In this document: positions 36,457 to 48,543 of the stretch, piece by piece
Position numbering within the stretch: the stretch's first letter is position 1
Layout of the letters: each line of letters starts with the position of its first letter
Origin: Chiloscyllium plagiosum
Taxonomy: Eukaryota
Length of the DNA: 55,374 bases
Direction of reading: 5' to 3'
Assembly (NCBI RefSeq): GCF_004010195.1
Contig: NC_057718.1
Span: forward strand, 93,802,179-93,857,552
The notes under the pieces: model-generated
Told to the model about the DNA's origin: nothing
What the model saw: the letters and a program-made list of their open reading frames with translations, nothing else
Database searches by the model: none
Made by a program: the position numbers and the translations under genes

Positions 36457-36795
36457 GAATCATAGAATCCTTACAGTATGAAAGCAGTCCATTCAAGCCA
36501 CTGAGTCCACACTGACCCTCTGAAGATCATCCCACCCAATGCCCATAACCTTGCATTTCCCATGGCTAATCCAGCTAACCCACACTTCCCTGGACACTGC
36601 AGGACAACTTAGCTTGGCCAATCCACCTAACCTGCACATCTTTGGATTGTGGGAGAAAACCAGAGTACCCAGAGGAAACCCACGCAGACAAGGGGAGAAT
36701 TTCCGAATTCCACACAGGCAGTCACTCAAGAGGGATTTAACCTGGGTCCCTGGCACTGTGAGGCAGCAGTGTTAACCACTGGGCCATGGTGCTGC
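36457..36795 (-). mobile_element. HE1 SINE
   Basis: Reverse-complement HE1; a Deu-SINE remnant lies upstream at about 36030-36290. Confidence 0.85.
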
Positions 36796-37099
36796 CTATT
36801 ATTGGAGGATATTACAAACAGCGGGATCATTAAGAGGTTTAAACATGATGAGGGGAATTTGAAATGAGGAACTATCAAGCGATGTAGACTACAGACCACA
36901 AAGACAACAGATTCTTGATGCAGATTGACAGAAGGGATTTGTATGGGCTGAAATTATCGAAGATTCCGGACTGGAGTAAAAATATCTACTTAACATACCA
37001 GTGCATGACCATTTCTCATCGGCAGGATCTCAATATCCAATGAATACTCTGTATAGCTGTTCCAGTCATTGAATGTTGCAGGGGAACAAATCCCAAATT

Positions 37100-37740
37100 C
37101 GAGATAGGATAGTGAAGAAGGCATTTGGTATGTTTTCCTTTATTTTCAGTGTATTGAGTACAGGAGGTGGGAGGTCATGTTGCGGCTGTACAGGACATTG
37201 GTTAGGCCACTATTGGAATATTGCATGCAATTCTGGTCTCCTTCCTATTGAAAAGATGTTGTGAAACCTGAAAGGGTTCAGAAAAGATTTACAAGGATGT
37301 TGCCAGGATTGGAGGATTTCAGCTATAGGAGAGGCTGAGGCTGTTTTCCCTGGAGCATAAGAAGCTGAGGGGTGACCTTTTAGAGGTTTACAAAATTATG
37401 AGGGACATGGATAGGGTAAATAAGCAAAGTCTTTTCCATGGGGTCAGGGAGTCCAGAACTAGAGGGCATAGGCTTAGGGTGAGAGGGGAAGGATATAAAA
37501 GAGACCTAAGAGACAACTATTTCACGCAGAGGGTGGTATGTGTATGGAATGAGCTGCCAGAGGAAGTGGTGGAGGCTTGTAAAATTGTGACATTTAAGAG
37601 GCATTAGGATGGATATATGAATAGGAAGGGTTTGGAGGGATATGGCAGGTGGGACTAGATTGGGTTGGGATATCTGGTCGGCATGGACGGGTTGGACCGA
37701 AAGGTCTGTTTCCATGGTTCATCTCTATGACTCTATGATG
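37100..37740 (+). mobile_element. CR1/HER1 3' fragment
   Basis: RIVKKAFGM...RPLLEYCMQFWSP...QRVVCVWNELPEE, with a (CTCTATGA)n tail. Confidence 0.9.
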
Positions 37741-38094
37741 CTCTGGGTTCAAGTCCCACTCTGGGGTTTGATGACCAGGGAAGGGTGTTCCTAATATGGC
37801 CAAACAGGTTGAGGAACTAATTCTTCTTCTGTTTAATTTGTAACACCTTTTAATGCTTGACGTGGTCCTCAAGCTCTATCTTCTGGCTAGATGGACCTAT
37901 TCCGGTAAAAATAAGCTGCTGGGAAAACAGACATAAGCACGTATATTGTCTGCTTCATTGTGTCCCCAAACACAGGAAGTCCTCTTTGTTTTTAAAAAAA
38001 AAGTTTTAAAAACATGTATGTTGTCTGTCGGGATTATATGTTAAAAAAGTAGCATGTAAAACTATATTTTCATGAAAATGTAGCCTGTGGCTCA

Positions 38095-38990
38095 TTATAG
38101 CAGTCTTCCCACTCCAGTCACAAGGTAGTAATTTTAAACATAATCCCATGACGTGGGGCAGGTAATCCAAGCTGGCATTCCAGGGCAGTACTGAAGGACT
38201 GCTGCATTGTTAGAGGCGCTGTCTTTTGGAGAAGATATTATACTCTGTCCCCTCCTGGGAGGTCGATGTAAATGTTAGCCATCGTGTGGAGGTGCCGGTC
38301 TTGGACTGGGATGGACAAAGTTAAAAATTTTCATGCATTGTCTGAGTTGAGATGTCACATTTTATTATAAAACCTAAAGTTATCTCGGGGCTGTGACTTG
38401 AAAGAAGTTTTGAGATGTTTATATTAATGAATCAAAACCTGCAACCCACTCTCAGTGATTAAAGACTTAAGGCTTAAACAGTGGTTAGCACTGCTGCCTC
38501 ACAGCGCCAGAGACCTGGGTTCAATTCCTGTCTCAGGCAACTGTCTGTATGGAGTTTGCACATTCTCCCCGTGTCTGCGTGGGTTTCCTCCGGGTGCTCT
38601 GGTTTCGTCCCACAGTCCAAAGATGTGCAGGTTAGGTGAATTGGCCATGCTAAGTTGCCCGTAGTGTTAGGTGAAGGGGTAAATGTAGGGGAATGGGTCT
38701 GGGTGGGTTGCTCTTCGGAGGGTTGGTGTGGATTTGTTGGGCCAAAGGGCCTGTTTCCACACTGTAAGTAATCTAATCAATCTAGGTTTGTTCACTATAT
38801 TGCACAGTTGTATGACACTTCTACTCTTCTACTCTAAATTCTGTGTCCTATGATCCTGCCCCATTCGCTCCCTGAGGAAGGAGCAGCGTTCCAAAAGCTT
38901 GTACTTCCAAAGAAACCTGTTGGACTATAACCTGGTGTTGTGTGATTTTTAACAATGTAAATTTTATCCAGCGTTATTTTGAAGAGCAGA
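38095..38990 (+). mobile_element. Deu-domain SINE split by a PLE family-B insertion, itself split by an HE1 SINE (38478-38783)
   Basis: Deu core GCAGTACTGAAGGACTGCTGCATTGTTAGAGGCGCTGTCTTTTGG. PLE 38286-38954 is bounded by a 17/20 TSD (38266-38285, 38955-38974). Confidence 0.7.
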
Positions 38991-39088
38991 CGTTTCAATC
39001 CCAAAGCTTGAATTAACACTTCAGATTGTTATTAAATTGGGGTAGGTAGGACTTCACATTGGACAAAATTGGCGGTCGTGTTTACAAG

Positions 39089-39217
39089 GAGAAAGTGAGG
39101 ACTGCAGATGCTGGAGATCAGAGCTGAAAATGTGTTGCTGGAAAAGCGCAGCAGGTCAGGCAGCATCCAAGGAGCAGGAGAATCGATGTTTCGGGCATCA
39201 TCCCTTCTTCAGGTATC
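39089..39217 (-). mobile_element. PLE family-A mini-insertion
   Basis: Reverse complement of the 24291 element; TSD TTTACAAG at 39081-39088 and 39218-39225. Confidence 0.85.
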
Positions 39218-39659
39218 TTTACAAGCAGACTGTCGAGAAAACGGAGGTGTCCACAGGCTAAAGGCCCTCTACTGAGGCAAATCCTTCCTTCTCATACAAA
39301 CTGACAACAGGAATTGCAGACACTTAGGTGACCCTCATGGGGGGGGGGGGGGGGGGAAGCAGAAACCTTAAACACACTGCAATTATAAAGCAAGACACGC
39401 AAGGCTTTTTCTCATTGCTCGTCAAATTTCAAAATGCATTGGTTCTTTAAAAAGAAGAAAAAACGGCCACGGTTGTCAGTATTTTGTGTAATTGTAGGTG
39501 ATGTGTACACTGCCTCCTCTTTGTTCCAATAACCCAGCGCCAGCTCACTCTGTTTGTCGAGCTCCAGAGGATTTGTTGACAAGTTCTCCTCCAGCAAATT
39601 GTGTTTAGACAACAGTACAGTATATTTCATTCAGGTCGGCTGCACTGACGAGACCAAGG

Positions 39660-40260
39660 TCAGCTTTATATTCTGTTGAAATCATAAATTGACACTTGAG
39701 ATAAACAGAATGTTTATCCACTCCGTCTGAGCTGAAGCTGATATGTAAATTTATCCTCACTCTTTCATCAAATTTGCATTCGCCCTCTTAATCAAACACC
39801 GTGGGCCTCCAAATCAAACAGATTTTTAATGATGGTCAACCAATTATGACCCGTTGCCATATCAGGAAGTGAAACAGCAATTTAGATTCAAATAGAAAGT
39901 GGAGTAGCTATTGTCAGGCAGTTCAACAATAATTGGATCAACTTTATTTTTTTGGGGTGCAAGTGAATCGCCTGTTTGGCGATTAAACTGCTCCCCGCCC
40001 CCCTTTCACAGCGCTTAATTTTGCTTTGTTTTATCTGTCTAAAACAGGCTTTATTCACCTGCCGCTTTGTGATGTGGAGGAGACACCTACCCAAGAGATA
40101 GGCGCCTGAGCTCATCATCCTTAGAGATCCCAGGCTCCACTGAAAGCGCAAAGCCCTTTCTTCGTAGGTTGTCATATTTGCATTTAAATGATTGATTTGC
40201 AGCTTCCCCCCTCCTTTACCGTAATCTTTGAAAGTAAGCAGGAAAGAAGTGTGCGTTTTT
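39660..40260. promoter_or_regulatory. Candidate conserved non-coding element / enhancer
   Basis: Repeat-free, retains CpGs, dense in homeodomain, octamer-like (ATTTGCAT twice), Sox (AACAAT), ETS (CAGGAAGT) and Fox motifs. Conservation not tested. Confidence 0.4.
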
Positions 40261-41089
40261 GACATCCGTCGAAAATGTAACAGCCTTTTGCAAACACAGA
40301 CTTGAAGAGCAGGCCAAGTTAGACTGCTGAACTTTCCTTAATTTAACTCTGACCTTTTACCAAGCAGCACCTTTGGAAACGAGCTCCCACCCGTACGCAT
40401 ACACACAACCCCCTCCCCAATCACTGTAAAGAGAAAACGCCAGCAAGTTGCAAATTGTGACCTGATGGGATTGTGAGTTTTACAGGCAGTAATATTGAAG
40501 AATGTAGATGTCTGGGTGAGAGACAGGAGTTTTTACAAACGCACTCCGGACTAGGCTCACCTGGGCACAGATTTGAAGGTGGGGGCAACAAAATATTTAG
40601 TCCACGTTGGAGGAAAAAAAAAGCTGTCAATTTGTTGGTGAAACTCAGCAGGTCTGGCAGCATCTGCGGGGAGAAAGCAGAGTTAACGTTTCAGGTCAGT
40701 GCTTTGTTTGCAGTTGGCTTGAGAGGAGGTGTCTGTCTCGCTTTGTAGCCCCGTTGCTTCTCACGAACAAAAACCATTGAAAAGTTAACAAGTTCAGGGC
40801 AAATCAACTGACAACGCAGACAAAACAATGGCGGCGGGGGGGGGAGAGAGAGCGAGAGCGAGAAACGTGTCTTTATTTAAAATTCTTCGTCTAAGAGAGC
40901 GAAGGAAGTGCAGTCCTCGCTAGGAAACTTCACTCTGGGCAGCGGGAATGTTTTAAATGAATAGTCCGGTGGGGGTGGGTGGGGGAACCAGTGTTTGCAA
41001 AAAAAAACTCATTTTACAGACACAAGGGAGTGACATGTGTTGCTGTTCACCCACTTTAGTGCTTGTCTTACACTTTAAAAACAAAATTC

Positions 41090-41470
41090 AGCAACAACAG
41101 AAAAATCATAGTGGCTGTCAAATGGCTATCTAATAATGTCAGCAGCACATCAGCGAGGCTAGGTACCTCTTTGCGGTGGCCTGTGAGAGATTTCCTCCAT
41201 TCACAGTGGCAAAGGATGCCACACACATTCTGTTTGTTCAACATGAGCAAACAGATTGTCAACTTGCTGATAATTTTTGTACTGACAATGTCACTTACAG
41301 CTGTCAGTCCTTTGCCTGGCCTGTTTGCTTTATTCAAATATGAACCGAGGGGACCTCCCTTCCACCGCTTTCTTCTGCATTAAATTCGCATCAATTCACT
41401 CCGGCTCGACCTTATCTGCAATTCATGGGGAGGCCAATCATCTGCTTGGATGCTTTGGAGTTGCCATGGC
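41090..41470. promoter_or_regulatory. Candidate TALE (Meis/Prep/TGIF)-motif-rich enhancer
   Basis: Six TGTCA/TGACA sites between 41116 and 41306, plus Fox-type TGTTTG motifs. Confidence 0.45.
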
Positions 41471-41848
41471 GGGGGAACAGAGGAGTGAGCCCTCTCTGCT
41501 AGCTCCAGGTCGCTGGCCTGTGCTTCTCTCTGGCTAAGATGATGTGTTTTAGTGTGAGTGAAATACACCATGTTTTACCATGTTTTGAACCAGTCACCTT
41601 TCTTTTCATTTCTTGCCCCGTCCCATCCCCGCCAGTAATACAACTCGTTTTTTTTTTAAGGTTTGCTTGCTTGGCAACATAGCCACTACACCAACACATC
41701 TAGCCAGAGGGTAGTGAATCTATTGAAATTCTGGCTGTAGAAGCTGGTCCATCAAGTAAATTCATGGCTGGAGTAGACAGATTTGTAATCAGTCAGAGAA
41801 TCAAGGGTATTGAGGAAAAGGCATGAAAGTGGAGTTCAGGATTATCAA

Positions 41849-42393
41849 AGACCGTCCCTTTCGTGACTACCTGGTCAGGTCCTCACCCCCCTACAACCCA
41901 CCCTCCCATCCTGGCACCTTCCCCTGCCACCACAGGGATTGCAAAACCTGCGCCCACACCTCCTCCCTCACCTCCATCCAAGGCCCTAAAGGAGCTTTCC
42001 ATATCCATCAAAGTTTTACCTGCACGTCCACCAATATCATTTATTGTATCCGTTGCTCCCGATACGGTCTCCTCTACATTGGGGAGACTGGATGCCTCCT
42101 AGCAGAGCACTTTAGGGAACATCTCTGGGACACCCGCACCAATCAACCACACCGCCCTGTGGCCCAACATTTCAACTCTCCCTCCCACTCTGCCGAGGAC
42201 ATGGAGGTCCTGGGCCTCCTTCACCGCCGCTCCCTCACCACCAGACGCCTGGAGGAAGAACGCCTCATCTTCCGCCTCGGAACACTTCAACCCCAGGGCA
42301 TCAATGTGGACTTCAACAGCTCCCTCATTTCCCCTTCCCCCACCTCACCCCAGTTCCAAACTTCCAGCTCAGCACTGCCCCCATGACTTGTCC
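41849..42393 (+). mobile_element. Neptune-type Penelope element: Cys-rich linker, GIY-YIG endonuclease C-terminus and start of 3' UTR
   Basis: ORF 41823-42386: PCHHRDCKTC...NIIYCIRCSRYGLLYIGETG...FREH...VAQHF...RRLEEERLIFRLGTLQPQGIN. Inserted after a CR1 3' remnant (41705-41848) and truncated by the gap. Confidence 0.9.
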
Positions 42394-43292
42394 NNNNNNN
42401 NNNNNNNNNNNNNNNNNNNNNNNNNNNNNNNNNNNNNNNNNNNNNNNNNNNNNNNNNNNNNNNNNNNNNNNNNNNNNNNNNNNNNNNNNNNNNNNNNNNN
42501 NNNNNNNNNNNNNNNNNNNNNNNNNNNNNNNNNNNNNNNNNNNNNNNNNNNNNNNNNNNNNNNNNNNNNNNNNNNNNNNNNNNNNNNNNNNNNNNNNNNN
42601 NNNNNNNNNNNNNNNNNNNNNNNNNNNNNNNNNNNNNNNNNNNNNNNNNNNNNNNNNNNNNNNNNNNNNNNNNNNNNNNNNNNNNNNNNNNNNNNNNNNN
42701 NNNNNNNNNNNNNNNNNNNNNNNNNNNNNNNNNNNNNNNNNNNNNNNNNNNNNNNNNNNNNNNNNNNNNNNNNNNNNNNNNNNNNNNNNNNNNNNNNNNN
42801 NNNNNNNNNNNNNNNNNNNNNNNNNNNNNNNNNNNNNNNNNNNNNNNNNNNNNNNNNNNNNNNNNNNNNNNNNNNNNNNNNNNNNNNNNNNNNNNNNNNN
42901 NNNNNNNNNNNNNNNNNNNNNNNNNNNNNNNNNNNNNNNNNNNNNNNNNNNNNNNNNNNNNNNNNNNNNNNNNNNNNNNNNNNNNNNNNNNNNNNNNNNN
43001 NNNNNNNNNNNNNNNNNNNNNNNNNNNNNNNNNNNNNNNNNNNNNNNNNNNNNNNNNNNNNNNNNNNNNNNNNNNNNNNNNNNNNNNNNNNNNNNNNNNN
43101 NNNNNNNNNNNNNNNNNNNNNNNNNNNNNNNNNNNNNNNNNNNNNNNNNNNNNNNNNNNNNNNNNNNNNNNNNNNNNNNNNNNNNNNNNNNNNNNNNNNN
43201 NNNNNNNNNNNNNNNNNNNNNNNNNNNNNNNNNNNNNNNNNNNNNNNNNNNNNNNNNNNNNNNNNNNNNNNNNNNNNNNNNNNNNNNNNNNN
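42394..43292. other. Assembly gap (899 N)
   Basis: Run of N. Confidence 1.
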
Positions 43293-43580
43293 GTAAACCT
43301 CTATAAGGTCACCCCTCAGCCTTCGATGCTCCAGAGAAAACAGCTCCAGCCTGTTCAGCCTCTCCCTGTAGCTCAGATCCTCCAACCCTGGCAACATCCT
43401 TGTAAATCTTTTCTGAACCCTTTCAAGTTTCACAACATCTTTCTGATAGGAAGGAGACCAGAATTGCACGCAATATTCCAACAGTGGCCTAACCAATGTC
43501 CTGTATAGCCTCAACATGACCTCCCAACTCCTGTACTCAATACTCTGACCTTGTGACCAGCGAAGGCAAGCATACCGCCA
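43293..43580 (-). mobile_element. CR1/HER1 ORF2 fragment
   Basis: LYRTLVRPLLEYCVQFWSPSYQKDVVKLERVQKRFTRMLPGL. Confidence 0.9.
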
Positions 43581-44635
43581 TCTGTTCAAAGATGTTGTTG
43601 CACACTTCCACGGTGGGTGGTATTTCATCCTCGATCTCCTGCTTCAGAGGTAGAGACATTACCATGGCACCACACTAGTGAAAATGAAAGAAGTATTCTG
43701 GGTGCCCTGTCACTAATCTCTTTTATTGGACATTCAGAAAGAGTGGATTATTTTGCTGTTTGTGGGAGCTTGCTTTGCACAAAATGGCTGCTGTGTCTCC
43801 AGTATGAAAACAGAGGCTGAACTTCGGAAAGAACCGAATTTTCAGTGAAGCTCTTGGGGATGTCCTGAGTTTTTAAGTCTGTTTGGTCATCTGCCCACTC
43901 GCGCCACACCCAGCAAATCAGCATTGTCATCTCAGGTGCCTGCAGCCAATGGAACAGTTGCTGACACTGGAGGAAGTCATGAGTGTTGGGAAAGGATGTC
44001 TCACATCTGGGAAAGTGGATGGGAAGATGGCAGATCAGCCATGATCTTATTGAATTGTGGAGCAGACTGGAGGGGCTGAATGGCCTACTGTTCCTGTTTC
44101 TTATCTTCTGGAGATTAAAGACTATTCTTTCCATTCTTCTCCTCTAAACTGCCTGTGGATGAAACATTTACCAAACATCTCCCAATATATCCTTATTTGA
44201 TTCCATGTCAGAAATTAACTGAATATGTGCCTGTGAAAGAACTGGTGTGACTTTGCTACATTAATAACGCGGACTTATAGTGTTTGCAAAGAAAGGATTG
44301 ATCACTCTTTGTCACAGTCATATAAGGATGCTGTTCGTTATTTTGGTATGTTTTCTGTGTGGTGGATAGAAAGCTGACTGGAGGGACCAAAATGCAGATC
44401 TGTTAGGATGGGCATGGATTTGTGCGGTGACAACGCATTTAAAGATATTGGAGAAGGACAGGAGGCAATCGTTTGCAGTGAGGGTACAGTCAAAGGCTTG
44501 TTTTTGTTTGAGGAGAGCATTGATGACCGAAGATTTGAAGGAGATGGGACAGTATCAGAGGAGACAGTAGCAGTATCCGATAACATAGGACCAGGAAGGG
44601 AACTCCATTCTCTTGAGAAAGATACCAAGTGGTGA

Positions 44636-44850
44636 CTTTCTTCTTAGGCAGTCCCTCAGGATGGACGATGCTTCCACTCTCCAGTCCATTGGCTTCAGAG
44701 ATGGCCGACAAATCCAATGCACAGTCTGTGGACTCAGCCACCTGCAGGGTGGGTGAAGGTACAAGCAGATGAATTGTTTGGAGGGGTTTGTGCACTCTCT
44801 CCAAAACCTAGACGGCACCTCCGTCTGTTTCCAACAAAGTCTGCCAATCT
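44636..44850 (-). mobile_element. RTE-clade LINE 3' end
   Basis: Minus strand PPC..G*VHRLCIGFVGHL resembles the RTE C-terminal C2H2 motif (CGRxCxSRIGLxSH); ends GGGACTGCCTAAGAAGAAA. Confidence 0.55.
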
Positions 44851-45264
44851 GTTTGGTGCCTTCCAGAATGTAACGTTTGCAGTTTCAGTTGGTCACAAGT
44901 TGGGGACTCCCATGAATGAAATTAGATGTTTTCACACCAGGCGAGTGATGTTGCACTCTCTGGGTAATGCTGCCACAGTTTATGGCATCCATAGGGACTC
45001 AATGGGAGTTGGAAACTCTATATCCTTGAATTTTCTACTTGGGCATTATCTCTGTGGAAAGAGATGGAAGCTCGTGGAGATAGTCCCGGTGATCTCCTGG
45101 ATAAGGTGGTGGACCACAGACCAGGAGAGATCGCTGATGGCACATTTCAATAAAGGTGTGGGCCCAGGAAACCATGGCATTCACAAGCAGCACTCTCCAC
45201 ACTTTTGTTCAGAGGCTTAAGAGAGTCGCTGTGTGAAGCAAAAAAGCACGCCGTGCAATTAAAT

Positions 45265-46295
45265 TATAAATTGAATAGAATTGAATAGCCTTTATTGTCA
45301 TGTGCACTCGAATGAGTGCAGTGAAAAGTTTGTAAAATCGCCATCTTAGGTACAGGGTACCTAGGTACAGATGCTTCAGTCTTTGTTACAGAATTGAAAG
45401 AGTAAGACAGTCTAGCATAGGAATACAAAGTTTCAAAAAGTACATAACTCCTAGTCCAGAATAACAGTAAGGGTATCTTTAAAAGTTTAGGCCTGTACTC
45501 TCTGGAATCTAGAAGAACGAGGGAAGATCAAATTGAGGTATTTAAGACAATAAAAGGTGTGTATAAAATAGATGTGGAGCAGATGCTTCCTCTTGTGGGG
45601 CATTCTAGGGGTGAGAGGTCATAGTCTTAGGATAAGGCGTAGTGAATTTAAAACAGAGTTGAGGAGGAACAGCTTCTCCCAAAGGTTTGTGAATCTGTGG
45701 AGTTGGCTACCCCAAAGTGCAGTGGCTGCTGGGACAGTGAGTAAGTTTAAGGAAGAGTTCAGCAGATTTTTAATTGGTAATGGGTTGAAGGGTAAAGGGG
45801 AGAGGGCAGAAAAATGGGGGTGAGGAGCATATCGAGTGGCGGAGCAGACTCAATGGGCTGAACAGTCTAATACTGCTCCTTTATCTTACGAACTTTAAAA
45901 TATACTCAAGTTATCGTCATTTGCACGGACTCTGTGCCCATTGGGCCTCGCTGCCTCCGCGCTCTGGCCTCTGGCCCAGGACCTGCCACCAGGACTCACC
46001 TCCAGGGCTTGTCCCCCCCCACCACCCGGCTGGCCTGGGCTCGGACTGTCTCCTGCTCTGGACTCTGGCTCCGGCCGACCTCTCACTCTGGCAATGTCTC
46101 CGACCCGTGTCCCACCCTGGGCTGGACTTGGGCTCACTTCCATTCTCCATTCCCTCCGGGCAAATTTAAGGAGTTCAAATGTTAGTGGGGAAGAAAAACT
46201 GCAGAGAAGAGAAGGAGGAAAGAAAAGAAAAAGGAACTGGTGAAGCAGAGGAGCCCCAGCTAGAGCACCGTACTCTGCCGCCATCTTGCCAAGAG
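45265..46295 (-). mobile_element. Non-coding retroelement with Rex/Babar-type tail, interrupted by a plus-strand CR1 (45480-45893)
   Basis: Head AAGATGGCGGCAGAG (46275-46288), GTACCTAGGTAC at 45357-45368, hairpin 45303-45320, tail TGACAATAAAGGCTATTCAATTCTATTC. Confidence 0.65.
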
Positions 46296-46719
46296 CTCCC
46301 TGGAGAATTGGGATGGGTATGCCCCCCGCCACTGTGAGCACCCCATCCCTGTTTCTTGGCTGCTTCCTCCTGCCTTCTCCATTTCTCCCTCTTTGCCTTC
46401 AATCATAGGAGCAGTCCTACAACATTACCCCTGACCGTACTGATTGCAATGCAGTACCAGCAGGAACCCCTCCCCGGTAATAAGTCAACTCAGAGTCAAT
46501 ACAGAAGTTAACCAGCACTCTGACTAACTAACTTTGAATTGATCAATCCTTTAAGTAAAATTTGTTTATAATCTCTACTGCCTATTGTATCATGAGTGAA
46601 TGGTCATGGTCGCTGTATCATCAGACAGGTACTGGGCAACCAGATTTTACAAACAGATCCCACAGCCGGTATCAGACTCATGTTTAAATAATTTAATGAA
46701 ACTTTCAGGCTCAGAGTGG

Positions 46720-47068
46720 AGTGGGGACGGGGACGGGGTGGGGATGGACAACAGTCTGCAGCAAAGATAGCTACTGGTTGGGAACCGGTCTAACCCAGTC
46801 ACACCACGCGGATGCTTTTAAAGAAAGACTGTAATGTCGATCTTTTTAGCTTTATTTCTTGATTTCCTAACTTATACTATGTAAACCTGTAATGCAGTAT
46901 AGCCTTTTTCTTTATTTTCTCCATTTTTTGCACCGAAGATTTGTACCTAGGTACTTTGTAGCTGAGATGGCTCCATGTGTTGGACATGTTATACACTTTT
47001 CAGTGTAGTCCTGTTCTTTTGTAACCTGAGTGCAAATGATAATAAATCTAATTCTAATCCTAAAATTC
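46720..47068 (+). mobile_element. Non-coding retroelement with Rex/Babar-type tail
   Basis: GTACCTAGGTAC at 46943-46954; CTTTTCAGTG...TGATAATAAATCTAATTCTAAT. Confidence 0.6.
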
Positions 47069-47234
47069 TCGAGCGCCCGCTATATGAATGGTACACATGA
47101 CAGTGCCCATGTTGGACATAATTGCCCATTTCCAGCCTGTAAAATGAGTGCAACTCTGACAACGATCCTGGCTATGGTGCACTAGAATCTTACAAATGTG
47201 AATTAAGTTATTTAAATAAGGGTCTGATACTGGC

Positions 47235-47757
47235 TGTGGTAGCCAACTCCTCCTCCCACTCTGCCAATGACATGCAGGTCCTGGGCCTCCTCCATTGCCA
47301 AACCCTAACCACTTGACGCTTGGAGGAGGAACGCCTCATTTCCCTGCCTTAGGACCCTACAACCATGCGGGAACAATATGGATTTCACCAGTTTCCCCAT
47401 TTCCCTCTCCCCACCTTATCCCAGTCCCAACCTTCCAACTCAGCACTGCCCGATTGAAAGGTCCTACATATCCATCTTCCTTCCCAACTATCCGCTCCAC
47501 TCTCCTCTCTGACCTGCCACCATCACCCCACCTTCATCTACTTATCACACTCTCAGCTACCTTGTCCACTCCCCCCCCACCCCCAGTCCACTCCCCTCCC
47601 ATTTATCTCTCAGCACCACCCGGCCCACAAGCCTCCATCTTGATGAGGGCTTATGCTCGAAATGTTGACTCTCCTGCTCCTCGGATGCTGCCTGACCGGC
47701 TGTGCTTCTTCAGCACAACACTCTTCAACTCTGATCTCCAGCATCTCACTTTCTCCC
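47235..47757 (+). mobile_element. PLE family-A 3' fragment (GIY-YIG tail, UTR, degenerate hammerhead, terminus)
   Basis: Homologous to 42160-42393, then continues to TTGATGAGGGCTTATGCTCGAAATGTTG at 47640 and the CTCACTTTCTCC end. Confidence 0.85.
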
Positions 47758-48543
47758 TGTGGCAGCCATTTGTAAAATTTGGCTTGTCAGTACTTGACTG
47801 ACCATGAGGTGACTGTACCTATTCTCTCAATGGCTTTGACGTAGGTTCCCAGTTCCCAGTTGTCGCCTTCACATGGACACATACTGGCTGGGAAAACTAC
47901 AAACTAAAAGTTCTCACTCACTGAGCGGCAAGTCAACCTCTGTCAGATAAGTGCGGCAGATGTCACATGGTCAGATGCTAGGTGGTCGCAGTGTCCCTGT
48001 GGCCAAACCTCCCGGACGACCTCCCGCCAGAGCTGGCATTGCTCAGGATGTGCAAGCTGATGGTTCTTGCAAGTTGTTGAATTTTTTTTCGTCTGCCTGA
48101 ACAAAAAACTGGAAAAAAAAACCTCTGCCCAGGAGAATGGAATTTCGTTTGCTGTTTTCTGACAACACATTACAAGCTGTCATCAGATCCTGATCTGATT
48201 TATCGTGAAGAATTTAAATTAGATTTGGGGGGATTATCCAGGTCAGTTGCAATTGGGAGTCTACTTGCAAACTGTGTGGAAAATATTTCAAACTCCACAG
48301 GCAGTAATGAGCCACTTTGTGAATTACTTCTTGAACCCTTAATACTTGTACGGCAACAGTTTATTTAAACAGCTGGGACATCCTGTGAAATGCAACACTG
48401 ACAATACTATCCTCCACATAAGAATTTCTGGAACTGATCATGAAGTTAGCTGATGTTTGTCAATGGGGCTAATACAAGACCTGCACCACAGAGCATCCAA
48501 TCAAAGTAATGCCACCGCAGACATGTTGAGTGTGACACTCGGT

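Noticed and set aside
39412..39630. 72-aa minus-strand ORF in unique DNA
   Set aside because: No recognisable domain or convincing splice context; cannot be supported as an exon without RNA data.
42304..43628. The three longest ORFs (307-419 aa)
   Set aside because: They read through the 899-N gap; the real residues are PLE UTR or CR1 fragments.
45895..46402. GC-rich multi-frame ORFs that look like a CpG-island first exon
   Set aside because: The region is contiguous with the Rex-tailed non-coding element (45265-46295), so a repeat origin is the simpler explanation.
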